The notes beneath the pieces are model-generated. The model saw nothing but the letters and a program-made list of their open reading frames with translations. It was not told the origin of the DNA and ran no database searches. 64,000 nucleotides of DNA, from NCBI RefSeq assembly GCF_004010195.1, contig NC_057751.1:8997611-9061610 (forward strand). Reading direction: 5' to 3'. The translations under genes and the position numbers were made by a program. This document shows positions 52,300-64,000 of this stretch, piece by piece. Source of the DNA: Chiloscyllium plagiosum. Lineage: Eukaryota. The first letter of the stretch is position 1, and every line of letters starts with the position of its first letter.

Positions 52300-52505
52300 G
52301 AGAGAAAGTGAGGATTGCAGCTGCTGGAGATCAGAGTCGAGAGTGTGGTGCTGGAAAAGCACAGCAGGTCAGGCAGCATCCAAGGAGCAGAAGAATCGAT
52401 GTTTTGGGCATTTCCTGATGAAGGGTTTATTCCCGAAACATCGATTCTCCTGCTCATCCGATGCTGCCTGACCTGCTGTGCTTTTCCAGCATCACACTCT
52501 CGTCA
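52300..52505 (+). mobile_element. Fold-back hairpin PLE family A element with central hammerhead motif
   Basis: Inverted arms about 52336-52405 / 52436-52502; CTGATGA-A-GGG-tttatt-CCC-GAAA-CATC at 52415-52442. Confidence 0.85.
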
Positions 52506-53864
52506 CTGGTGCACCTAATCCAGATTTGAAGCTCCCGGTTAATGGTGGTATTTTCAGAAAGGTGGCTGACAAGGTACAGGAAATATTCAATATATGACTA
52601 AATCTCTCCTTTGACATAATGGGTGGTGGCATATTTCGCTGATGAGGTGTGGATCATTGCCTGAATTTCTTTTGGCAGCATTCAAAACCAGGTTGAATTC
52701 CTTGCAGGCAGAATGAAGAGACAGACACTGGCTTTCAAATCTGGTGCAAAGTGAATTACAATACTGCAGTCATCTGCAACATCACAAATCTTGGTATGCT
52801 TGCCAGTTTAGATTTGGCATGGAAACGAATGAACTTAAAGAGGATTCCATCGAGTTAGCATTCAAATAAGATACCTGGAGACAGTAATCTCGGACGAGGT
52901 GAAGAGCCAATTGAAGGAGATGGTAAATAATATGAAGGCTATCATGCAGCCTTGCATGCTCCCATACTGGGTTTTGAAGGCATCAGTTTCACAACTTCCA
53001 CTCAAGGCAGTTGCAATCATACCATATATATGAACCAATTTCAGGATATTAATGTTGCTTTTCAGATTTCCAACACAATCCACAGAATCTTGAAATTTGC
53101 TGAGTCAAATCCTTTGGTCAGATGGATGAATTTTATGAAAAGTTCCTCCTCGTGTTCTCAGCAGTTTTGTTGGATTAATGTGGAAACAAAGATGTTGTCA
53201 GAAATTCCTCTTGGGCATTAAGAGGCAATAGACAGACTCTTGATGAATCGAGGAATTAAGGGTTATGGAAAAAGGGCAAGAAAGTAGAAATGAGGAGTGT
53301 CAGATAAGCCATGACACTATTGAATGGAGGAGCAGGCCTCGAGGGGCCAAATAGTCTCCACCTCTGTTATTTCTTGTGGTTTTACAGTCAATCTATTGAA
53401 ATGAGAGCTCAAAAGACATGTTGTGGAAACAATGTTGAGACAGCACCTAAAATTATGCTGTGCCAGATCAAGGAATAGGGTAATGGTGTGAATGTAGACC
53501 CATCTGAAAATCATGCTGCACTTAATCTGACAATGTTTGATGGACTAAGTCGAGGACAATTTTCAACCCTTACCTGGAGGGCTTAATACAAACCTGCTGA
53601 AAATAGGAAAGAAGTTACATTCTCTATCCCCAACAATCCTGTCACAAATTAGTATGAAGCTCGCAATAAAAAAACTTGTCAATACAAGTGAATACAGTGA
53701 AAAATTGGAATTTCTTTTCCCCTCACAAAGAAGAGTTCCCAGTCCTGCAAATGATCATCAGTTTTCTACAGTGTTGACCAAAGAAGCTGCAGAATTTGGG
53801 ACTATTTTATTTTGTGAGATGACAAGTTTCATGACTTCAATTATCTTGGCAACACAAAAAGATG

Positions 53865-54215
53865 AGAAAAGGGAGAGGAAGACTTAAGAAAGAATGGATC
53901 AAGAAAATCAAAGAAGAAATGAAGTAAAAGTAGAAAATAAATAAAGCAAGAGAGAAGATGGGAGATAGCAAAAATGATTGAGAGAAGATGGGAGACAAAA
54001 AAAAAGAGAAAAATCAAAGACAAGAAAGCGATGAAAGCACAAAGAAATTTAAAAGTGAGACCAAGAAAAATGACAATGAAAGTGGAAGGCAAGGATAAAT
54101 AAAAAAGGCAGATAAAAGATGTAGAATTAAAAAGCAGACTGGTGGAGACAATATCGAGAAACCAAAGCAAGAAGTAGCAGAATGAGCAAGGAGTATGAAA
54201 GGGAAACAAATAAAG
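53865..54215 (+). repeat. Purine-rich (GA/A) low-complexity tract
   Basis: Strong A/G bias; gagagaagatgggaga occurs twice. Confidence 0.8.
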
Positions 54216-55554
54216 TAAAGGATATCCGGAATGTATCATCTGTTAATGCAGAATTTTGGGTGAGCAATAATTTCAGATTCCACTGCCATCAAATACTTGG
54301 AATGGAAGGCAACAACTCCAGTCTTATGATTGTTGAGACTTGTTCAACAGTTTCTCCACTTCCAAAGCTCAGTGGAAGTTAAAAGCCTTCAGCACAAACA
54401 AAACAAATAATTTTGTTCTCGAATCATAAATTCCACTTTCCTGTGGCATCCTGGAAACCAGCGTAAGCTTTCCACTCTTGTTGTTTTTTCCAACAGTCAC
54501 TTATCAGTTTACAGAGCTGGGTAAAGATCCTTTCAGCTCCCTCACAAATAAATAAGAGGCTGCTTATTAATTATGCAGGATTAGTCTAATTATAATTCTG
54601 CAAAATTAATTTGCAACAGAAGGCGTGCAGCAACATTCTGGGAAATTTGCATGTTAAATGGAGGGATTGGAGCATAATATATGATAATATATGCACTTTT
54701 TTATTTTAATTCAAAATTTGCAGCTGCATATGGTATCGGTGGAAGAAAAAAGTCAGTTTATGTTAAATGAAGCTGACAAATATTCGATGAGGCACTGACA
54801 GTGGGAATGTATTGATCAAGGATCATTTTTCCTCCGATTGGTTCATCCAGTCAGAACAATTGATGTGCTATAAATGTGAAGTTTGACAGAATACACAGTA
54901 ATGTCAAACTCAAGTCCAACTAGGCAAACAGAGTATTCGGGCTTCAAAGATTCTTGCACACTTCTTCTCCTGAAAGCACTGACTCAAGGAACCTTATGTT
55001 TTAAAAGATGGTGGTTGCACCTGAGCCAGTGTGCTATTTTACAATATGTGTGGGTTGTGGCAAGATTTGTGGCAGAAACAGGCAAGATGTCCTGCAAGGC
55101 CCATCGTGACTTCGGAATAATCTCACTGCATCGTTTACACATTTACAAAGCAAGGCCACAGATTCATGAGACCACAGCAACATGTAGTAATGAAAGCTGG
55201 GAGCCATTAGCCAAAGACTGCCCACTGTCTTCTAACATTGCGCTGGAAATCAAAAGTGCACAACAGGTTAGAAAATGGCTACAACTGTAACTGGAGTGGG
55301 TGGGAAAGAGTCTCTTACCTGTGAGGAAAGGGGCTGCAGGACTCACCAATTTCAGGCGCTTCAAGGAGAAAGAACATTGCACATACAAAGACCAGGCTGG
55401 AGACCTGCAGGATGCTTAATCACTGGTAATCCAAATGCGCTGGTTTCCTGCATATTGTGCATCTCCCTATCCCACACTTTGCTGACAACCTCATGCACAC
55501 CAACATTTTTGGACACTTTGCTGACACTAAAAGAATAGGGATATTGTCAGACAC

Positions 55555-56907
55555 GGGACAATGCCTTAATGACAACCACCCAGTGGCTCTGACCTTCATG
55601 ACCATGATTTGCTTCAAATGGCTGGTCATGGCCCAAATCATGGCCTCTCAGCCTACCTCGTTCCTCTACAATTTGCCTAATGATGTAACAGGTCCACAGC
55701 AGATGCCATTTCCCTCGCCTTGCAGTCATTCCTGGAACATCTGGACAATGATGACACCTACATCAGATTCCTGCTCATTGACAGCAGGTCTGCCTTCAAT
55801 ACCATTATCCCCTCAAGACTGATCTCAAAACTCCAAGACCTGGGTCCTGTCTCCACTCTCTGCAACTGGATCCTCAGCTTCCTGACCTATAGACCATAAT
55901 CAATGAAGATGGACAACTGTCCCTCTTCCACAAAAACACTCAACACCGGAGCCCCCAGGAATGCCTTCTCAGCACCTTACGATACTCCTTGTACATCCAC
56001 AATTGTGTAGCCAAATTCTGAACATTTGCCATCAACAAGTTTGCTGACACCACCTTGGTAAGATGGATATCAAACAACAGTAAGTCAGAATACAGAAAGG
56101 AGACAGAGGGCTTAGTGATGTGGTGCAATGATAACAACCTCTCTCTCAATGTCGGCAAAAACCAAAGAACTGATCATTAACTGCAGAAAGAAAGGAGAAC
56201 ATGTCCCAATCTACATCAACAGAGCAGAGGTTGACAGGGTTAAGAGCATCAAGTTCTTTGGAGTGACATTAACTGATAACCTGTCCTGGACATCCCATGT
56301 ACATGCAACGGTCAAGAAGGCACAACAACGCCTCTTCTTCCTCAGGAGGCTCAGGAAATTCAGCATGTTCCTCAGGACGCTCATTAACTTTTACAGCTGC
56401 ATCATAGAAAGCACACTATCTGGATGCATAACGGCCTGGTAGGGCAACTGCTCTAACCCGGACCGGAAGAAATGACAGAAGGTTGTGTGCACAGCCTAGA
56501 CCACTATGTAAGCCAACTTCTCTCCATGCACTCCATTTACACATCTCATTGTCATGGAGAGGCTGCAAATATCATCAGAGACCCATCCCACCCTGGTAAT
56601 GCTCTCCAACAACCTCTTCCATCAGGCAGAAGATACAGACGTTTGAACACATGCACCAACAAGTTCAAGAACAGCTTCTTCCCTGCTGTTATTCAGCTGA
56701 TGAATGGACTCTCTGACTTCAAAAATGTCGATCTTATTTCGCTCATATCCTGTGTGACGTAACTTGTGTGCCTCACTCTGTCCGAGTTTTTCTCACCCTC
56801 TGACTTGTATGTCCTTGCTTCTTATGATCTGCCTGTACTGTTCACAAACAAAGCTTTTCACTGTACTTAGATAAAGTGACAATATAACAAATCAAATTAA
56901 ATCAAAT
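55555..56907 (+). mobile_element. Rex1/Babar-clade LINE, 5'-truncated, decayed
   Basis: [61 protein letters not shown]; (aaatc)n-like tail. Confidence 0.88.
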
Positions 56908-57899
56908 GGGGTCAAAGTTGTCCGAGATATGCCTTATTCCTCTTTTTTCCACATGTTGCAGCAGGCTCTCAACAATGGCATCAATCCACGATACATCCTT
57001 CATGAACATGAAGAAAACCATCATATTTGCACAATTGCATTGGGGGTATACAGACACTCAAATAGCTGTACAGCCAAAACAGTGACATTACAGTTTATGG
57101 ACAGCCCATTGAAAAGTTATGGAGAGTGTGCAAGAAAGTAGAATTGAGGTCAAGATGAGATCAGCCATGGTTTTATTAACAAGTGGTTGAGTTACCTACT
57201 CCTGTTCCTAGTTCTTATGTTCTGAGACATACATGAGAAGTTATGTTGTGCAATAACATTGATGCCACCCATGTGCCCTTTATAGGTTTCTTTCCTTCTC
57301 TCCCTCCCACTATGTCTCAATGTAATCCTTTGGACCTGAGGGTATATGCATCTGGGTGGCCCTGACATGCTCAGGAACATCTTGCCAGAGACAAGTGGAC
57401 TCTCCTCGGCTTGAACTTCAAAGGTTTGGTGCAGAACAGGCAGGGTGGAGGTGGAGGGTCTGGCCGCCACTAGAATGTCCTGACAGGAGACTTCTGAGAC
57501 TTTTGAGAGGTTTTGTATGATTCCTCCTCTGGTTGGATGCCTGCTGGCACCACACTATCTCTTTGTTAAAAAGAGGCACCTGGTTAGCTCGCTAGGTTAC
57601 CTGTTACCATATGTTTGGTACTGAGCGACAATGGTTGGAGTGAAAGAGTGCACTTTTCCAGCAAACCATGAGAGTGCCGGACATGGCTGTCTATGGCAGC
57701 CACCAAACTGTCCATGGAAGCAGCTCGTACTGCTGTTTGGTTTGAGTAACAAGGACCATTGTGTTTCACATACTTGTCTGCTGGTCCAGATCATTCCTAT
57801 GCCATATTTGACCAAGTCCCTGATAGCTGATACCAGTGGATCCTCCCCTGCTTGAGGCTGGGCAGATGTCAGATCTCCAGCGATTCTCTGGGTGGCAAT

Positions 57900-58826
57900 G
57901 GCCTGCACATTTGCTCCCCTAACAAATGTGAAGCTCTTGTAATGAGATGCTCACTAGTTTATGACCCAAATTACAAACGCTAATGTTCCACTGAGGTGTC
58001 AGTATCTGTGTTGGTGTGGCTGCAGGAGACTGCCATGCTGATGCTTCCTCAGGGACGTTGGACATATGATCTTCAGAGGTTGAAGAGTTGGCTTCTGGTG
58101 GGGCTGGCTATTCCTCCAAGTAGGACATCTCTGCAGTACCTGCAAGGTAAAAGATAAAGAGGTTGTCACAGAGAGCATCAGGAGTGATGTGCAGTGAATG
58201 AAACTGACTGTAAGGCTACTGTGAGAATTGCAGTACAATGACAAGTGGTACTTACTCGGTTGATAGGACATTGATGTCTCAGCATCCCTTCAGAAGACCT
58301 TGGTCTCTTTTTATATAGACTAAGGAGCTGAATGTTGGTACACTTCCACCTGTCCGGGTCCTTACTGGGGGTGTCCTCTTCTGGTTTGAGAGAAAAGGAG
58401 GAATTGAGTGAGGTGAAAGTGAGTGACCGAGCTGTTGGCGCTGGTGCAGATGGTCGAAAGGTGGTGAAGTGTCAATGAGTATGCAGCGCACAGGCCATGC
58501 AGGATCAGTGGCATGGACATTGGGGCAGGGAGCAACTGAGATAAGATGGTGCAGGCAATAGTGGAATATGAGCCCTGGTGGTAAGTAGCATAGATAATGA
58601 GTGTGAGTTGGTAGGGAGAAGAGTGCAGCACTCACCGTGACAGAGCAGAGAAGGTCATTCTTATGGCATGCTGGCCATTTGATTACACCATGGAGTTGGA
58701 ATGAATCCAGGTGGTGATATCAGACCAGACTGCCTCAGAGAAGAGTACACTTTTCTTCTGCCACACCACCAGGACCTTCAACTCCTTGTCAGAGAATCAC
58801 AGCCCCATCTTCCCCTTGTCCAACAT
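57900..58826 (-). pseudogene. Intron-containing Myb/SANT-like gene remnant of Harbinger type (exons 58826-58636, 58380-58256, third exon from 58139; 3' limit uncertain)
   Basis: MLDKGKMGL*FSDKELKVLV...VLF..AVWSDI...Q/CHKNDLL|gtgagt ... cag|KR....RTRTGGSVP...|gtaagt ... ttttaccttgcag|. Confidence 0.65.
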
Positions 58827-61634
58827 GTTTAGAATGGCAGCTTCGGAATGCCAGTGGTTGCCCAGATGCTCAGCAGCCTTTTTAAATGTGCCGCAGGAGG
58901 AAGGGATGCTGGTTTTTCAGTGTGTACCTGATGTGTGTCAAGTTATTCTGGGTTTGGTGCAGAGTAAGATGGGGATAGAACTCAACATGAGGGCAACAAC
59001 AGGATGGGGTAGGTATTTAACGAGGTGCATTTGGTAAGATATGGTGAGAAATCTCATCAACCTTTATGCCAAAAATCCCTCCAAAAATTCAACTTAACTT
59101 GCAATTAGCCAAAAGAGTGCAAGTTCAGCCCAACCTTTCTTTCTTCTCATTTCAATCTTGATGATGAAGAGCGCAGCAAGCCCATTAAACACCAATTTTT
59201 CAATATGAGGTTCATTTTATTCGAGAGTGGGACAAGTAACTGAATTCCAATTGTATTGAATCTTTCATCTTGAATTAGCCATGTCTGACTTTATAAATAT
59301 CCATGCAAAGGAATATTAGAAGCAAGACTTTCTGTCCGATTTGGCTAACTGTTCTGCCCTCAATCACACATAATATCCAAAGCTAATGCCAAGATAATGA
59401 CAGTGGATCATATAAGTTAGCTCGAGAAAGTGATTGCAGTGATCAGTCAATTTTGAACCTACGTGAGAATTCTTATCCAAGTCAACCATCCTACATTCAC
59501 TGAGCATCAAGCCTCAAAAACAGCATTTTCCTGATAAACCAGGAATTATCATCATAAAACTCAGCAGGTTAACATTAGCTTTGCAATAGGAATGTGTCAA
59601 AATATTTTAAAACTCAAGATACCTCCTCATCAGATCCACTGACAAACTCTCTTTCCAGGAATACATCTCAAAAGTGGGTGCATCCATTTATGCCATTTGA
59701 ACTGCGACTTTCTCTGCCAGGTTACATCACTCCTGTATTTCCCTGGTTCTCTTACTGAGTTAGGACTGCACAATTGAAATTTTTATACCTACCTTTTTAC
59801 TGATTTGAACTAAATGTTTAACTTTTATACCTTGGTGTTTGAACCCTTTCCTAAAAAACAGTTTGCTCAGATCATTAAGAAAATTCCTCTTGCAACTTTA
59901 TATATTGGACTGAAAGGGTTAATATTGAGGAATGTACCATCCACTGTGATGATTACATATGGACTTAAGACCAGAACAGCTTGTGATCTCATAGGAATAA
60001 GACTTGATAACTAGATCAAGATTTCAAGGCAATCTGTAACTGGATGTCAAGATGCAACAAACCCTTTATAAAATAAAAGAGCTTCTTCTTTTCTGTAAGT
60101 GGTTTTCTATTACCACCAGACCAGGCAGGCCCTGTTGATGCCTCCATGTAAAGACGATGGTGAGGGCAAGATTGTCCAAGCTTGGCAGGTGTCTCCAAAG
60201 TGGCAAGGTAACTCCATTGGATCCTGTGTTTAACAGGCACTGCAGAGGACAGTGGATGGCCTTCCTCCTGACTGAGGACCCTCTGCAGATTGTGAGGCTG
60301 ATATGCAGGTTGTGGATTATGGGGACAGGCAGTCATGGAGACTGGGAAGTAAGGTCAGAGGTGGCTTTCAGTAGTTATTCTCCTGCTCATGACCATGGAC
60401 TTGATCATGCTCAAATTATTACAGGCCAGGTTTCTCATGCCTCCAAAAGACACACAGCCTGTGCAGGTTTGCCAATTGGGTGCACAGCTTGTCAGTTGCC
60501 CTGCATGGAGCAGCAGAAATTGCATATGGGTGGGAAAAAAATCCTTATATGGTCATTATCTGACCTCTTAAATGGAAGTGGGAAGGTGTTTGGTCTTAGT
60601 CCCAGTGATAACCCACCATGTGTTCAAGGTCTGGGCCGAATGTAGCTCAGAGGATTTCATTCATCACGTCAGCCAGTATTACAACCTTTTTCACTTCTGC
60701 ATGTTTGTTCTTTGTTACAATTTATGAAAATATCCCGAAAGCCTCTGATCGAATTTTGTTCTCATTTCCCCTTGGCTCTTTTACTTTCTCTATTTTTTGT
60801 TTTCCTGACCACAGATCTTTTGGCCACAGATATGTTTCCAACTCTGGATAAATCCCTGGATTCTTTTTTTTTCAGTTGTTCCTTTTCCTGAACAACACAG
60901 AGCCCATCCCTTCAACCTCATCTACTCATCTCCTCAGTCCAGTGAGAATAAATACTTTTATTGCCTCACATACTGGCCCAGGTTTGTTGGAAAAGCATTG
61001 ATGTTGATGTCTGCTGATGTGAAACAGATTTGTATTCTTAAAAAGCCATCACATTTGAAGCTGAAATGTTTTTCCATAGTTTTTTGGGACACTGGAGCCT
61101 TCAGTACAAAGATCCTGTTTCTTTGAGTGTGATTAAATGTTTGTTATAATACTTCTAAATGGTTCCATGTTGGGAAGTTGGTTCTCCCTTGTGATTATGT
61201 AACATAGTGCACGGTGGAGTGCCACTATGGATTCAACAGTCTATAGATTTCCAGATGTGCAATACATTAGGAAGTTTACTAGGATAGCAGTGTTTAGTTC
61301 ATCGATGCTTTCATGTACCCTGCATAATCTGGGTATGTTCTACAATCTAAATCCTGCATTCAGTCCAAATCTATAACTGGGGACTCCATCTAACTAGTTT
61401 CATGATTTCATTCAGTTCTAAGTCATGATCCAATGTTCAGTCATTAGAAACTCCATATTTCAGGTCAAGTTCAGTTCATAGTTCCAAAGAGTGGAAGTGG
61501 TAACTCATCCAACTCCAATATCCATCTGTCCCGTCCATCATATATGCAGTTCTAATCTATGTTTGGTTCAACATGACTTGATGAGTCCAATGTATTGCAG
61601 TCACTGTGATACGTCCTTTTTTTCACAAATCTCT

Positions 61635-62465
61635 ACTGCAGAAGGATTTGGACAGCTTAGGAGGTTGGGCAAAGAAGTGGCGTGTGGAGTACAACAGGGG
61701 AAAGTGTGAGGTCATGTACTTTGGTAGGAAGAATAGAGGCATGGACTATTTTCTAAATTGGGATAAATTTCAAAAGTCTGAAGTGCAAAGAGACTTGGGA
61801 GTTCCAGTCCAGGAATCTCTCAAGGTAAACTTGCAGTTAGGAAGGCACACACAATGATGACATTTTTTTCAAGAGGATATACTTCTGAGGGTCTATAAGG
61901 CTCTAGTCAGACCACATTTGGAGTATTGTGTGCTGTGTTTGGCCCCATATCTCAGGAAGGATGTACTGGCCCTGGAGCGTGTTCAGAGGAGGTTCACGAG
62001 AGTGGTCCCAGGAATGAAAAGCTTAACGTTTGAGCAACATTTGAGGACTCTGGGGCTATACTCGATGGAGTTTAGAAGGATGAGGGGGATCTAATTGAAA
62101 CTTACAGAATACTGAACAGCATGGACAGAGTAGAAGTTGGGAAGATGTTTCCATTGATAGGAGAGACCGGGATCCAAGGGCACAGCCTTAGAGTAAAGAT
62201 CTTTTCTAACAGAGATAAGGAGAAATCTCTTCAGCCAGAGTGTGGTGAATCTATGGAATTCACTGCCACAGAAGGCTGTGGAGGCCAGGTCATTGAGTAT
62301 AGAGATAAGACTGAGATAGATAGATTCTTGATTGTAAAGGGGATCAAGGGTTATAGGGAGTAAGTGGGAGAATGAGGTTGAGAATCTGCTCTGTTTGAAT
62401 GGTGGAGCAGACTCAATGGGCTGAACGGCTTAACTTCTACTCTTATGTCTTTTGCACTTATGTTC
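61635..62465 (+). mobile_element. CR1 3' fragment, same family as 14480-18545
   Basis: LQKDLDSLGGWAKKW..GKCEVMYFGRKN; collinear with 17745-18545. Confidence 0.9.
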
Positions 62466-63379
62466 TTAAGATGCAGATATCAAGTCTCCACTTCTGAAGA
62501 TCATTACCTTGTGAAAAAAACTGCTTTTGTCTTAAGAGCAGACTATCTGTTTACAACTTAGTACACCAGTGATATTAAATGCAATTCAGGACTTTTAAAC
62601 TTGTACTTCAGTCACCAAAATCTCCCAGTTGTACTCACTGTTGATGCATCTGTCCTTCTGACTCCCACATCATATGAAGGGTTCCTTTATTCTCTGTGAA
62701 GGAACAATAGGATTTATATTTCTGTGTTCACACTTTAGAATGCAGTTAAAATCCACTTTCCCTCAAAAAGGCAAAAAATTGAAATCTTAGTGTGTGTGAT
62801 ACGAAGGACAGAACTTACATCTAATATCCCATCATTCTCTGAGGACATCCCAATGTGCTTAACCATCAATAAACTAACCTTCAAAGTTCTGTTTTAAAGA
62901 CAGTCACGAACTCAAACTTGCAAACAGCAAAGTCACAAAAATCTGGCTGGACTCCAATTTTCTGCTCTCCATAAACTTCAGCTTGTCCAAAACTATGGTA
63001 CCCCTGTCCAAATTGACATAAAGTCGTGTTCACCAGTTTATTCCTGTGCTCACTGGGTTTGTATTAGTTAAACAACACCTCCCATTTCAAAATTCCCAGT
63101 TCTGTTTTTAAGAGTTCATGGTTTCGCACATCTCAATCTCTGCGATATCATTTAGTCGCAAAATCCTTCAACATACCTTTGTTCTTCTAATTCCTGTTGT
63201 GCATCTCAATTTTAATTGCTTTTTTTGCCTGGTTCAGATACGGTCAGCCGAAGGGCCTTTCTCTGTGCTGTCAACCTCGATGACACCATTTAAGGTCCTG
63301 TAATGAGTTCTGGAATTACCCATCTCAACCTCTTCCCCTCTCTTTCCTTCTTCGACCAAGCCCTCATCTTACATGTAAG

Positions 63380-63755
63380 TACACAAATTAGGAGCAGGAG
63401 TAAGTGATTCAGCCCTTCAATTCTTCTCCACCATTTAGCAAGATCATGGCCAATCTAATTGTAACCTGAAATTCACATTCCCGCATATCCCGATAACTTT
63501 TACCTCCTTGCCTGACAAGAATCTAACTTGGCCTTAAAAATTTTCAAGGACTCTGCATCGATCAACTTCTCAGGAAGAGAGTTCCAAAGACTCATGACCC
63601 TTTGAGAGAAAAAAATTCTCCTCATCCTGATTTCAAATAGGCAGCCCCGACTTTTAAACAGTGTCCTGAAGCTCGACATTCTCCCAAAAGAGAAGGCATC
63701 CTCTCCATATCTACCCTGTCAAACCCCTCAGGATCTTGTATGTTTCAATCAAGTT
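63380..63755 (-). mobile_element. CR1 3' fragment
   Basis: aggagcaggagta...catggc...ggaagagagttccaaagactcatgaccctttgagagaaaaaa. Confidence 0.7.
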
Positions 63756-64000
63756 GGCACAGTGGCTCAGTAGTTAGGACCGCAGCCTCACAGAGCCAGG
63801 GACCCTGGTTTGATTCCAGCCTTGAGTGACTGTCTGTGTGGTGTTTGCATATTCTCCCCATGTCAGTGTGGGCTTCTGCTGGGTACTCCGGTATCCTCCT
63901 AGAGTCCAAAGAAGTACAGAATAGGTGGATTTGCCATGCTAAATTGTCTATAGTGTCCAGGATTGTACAGGCTAAGTGGATTAGCCAAGGGAAATGCAGA
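63755..64000 (+). mobile_element. V-SINE, runs off window end
   Basis: tggctcagtagttag A box, ggtttgattcc B box, V-domain gtgtttgcatattctcccc. Confidence 0.85.

Larger units (their letters stand above)
55031..59131. mobile_element. Probable decayed PIF/Harbinger DNA transposon
   Basis: Myb-like gene remnant; right end gttcagccc; subterminal inverted similarity 55058-55078 vs 59063-59083 (16/21); left boundary uncertain. Confidence 0.5.

Noticed and set aside
53841..54239. 132-aa hydrophobic, membrane-protein-like ORF
   Set aside because: Antisense translation of a purine-rich low-complexity tract
56930..57060. Possible Harbinger transposase C-terminus (ttgcacaat, LHN)
   Set aside because: Too short and degenerate to call
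60060..60640. 162-aa ORF 60157..60645
   Set aside because: No motif; looks like an old non-autonomous DNA-transposon-like repeat that could not be delimited

Overview
Eukaryotic, AT-rich, repeat-dense window, most likely a shark/chondrichthyan intergenic or deep-intronic region. That assignment is inferred from the HE1-like V-SINE/CR1 pair, Deu-type SINEs and Penelope-like elements. No host protein-coding gene, rRNA, true tRNA or CRISPR array is supportable. The content is layered retroelement debris: a near-full-length decayed CR1 with an SGNH-esterase ORF1 (14.5-18.5 kb), many CR1, L2-like and Zenon-like fragments, a Rex1/Babar LINE nested in a probable decayed PIF/Harbinger transposon with an intron-containing Myb/SANT-like gene, a solo LTR, and three SINE families. 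The most notable signal is a dense set of Penelope-like element (PLE) pieces from three sequence families. All carry a minimal hammerhead-ribozyme motif (CUGAUGA-N-helix II-GAAA plus a 4-nt palindrome), and several are short fold-back hairpin insertions with TSDs whose inversion points fall inside the ribozyme. Other items: a perfect 52-bp local templated insertion, palindromic POU/homeodomain-type motifs in unique DNA, and five N-gaps. Boundaries of old repeats are approximate, and family names come from motif recognition, not database searches.
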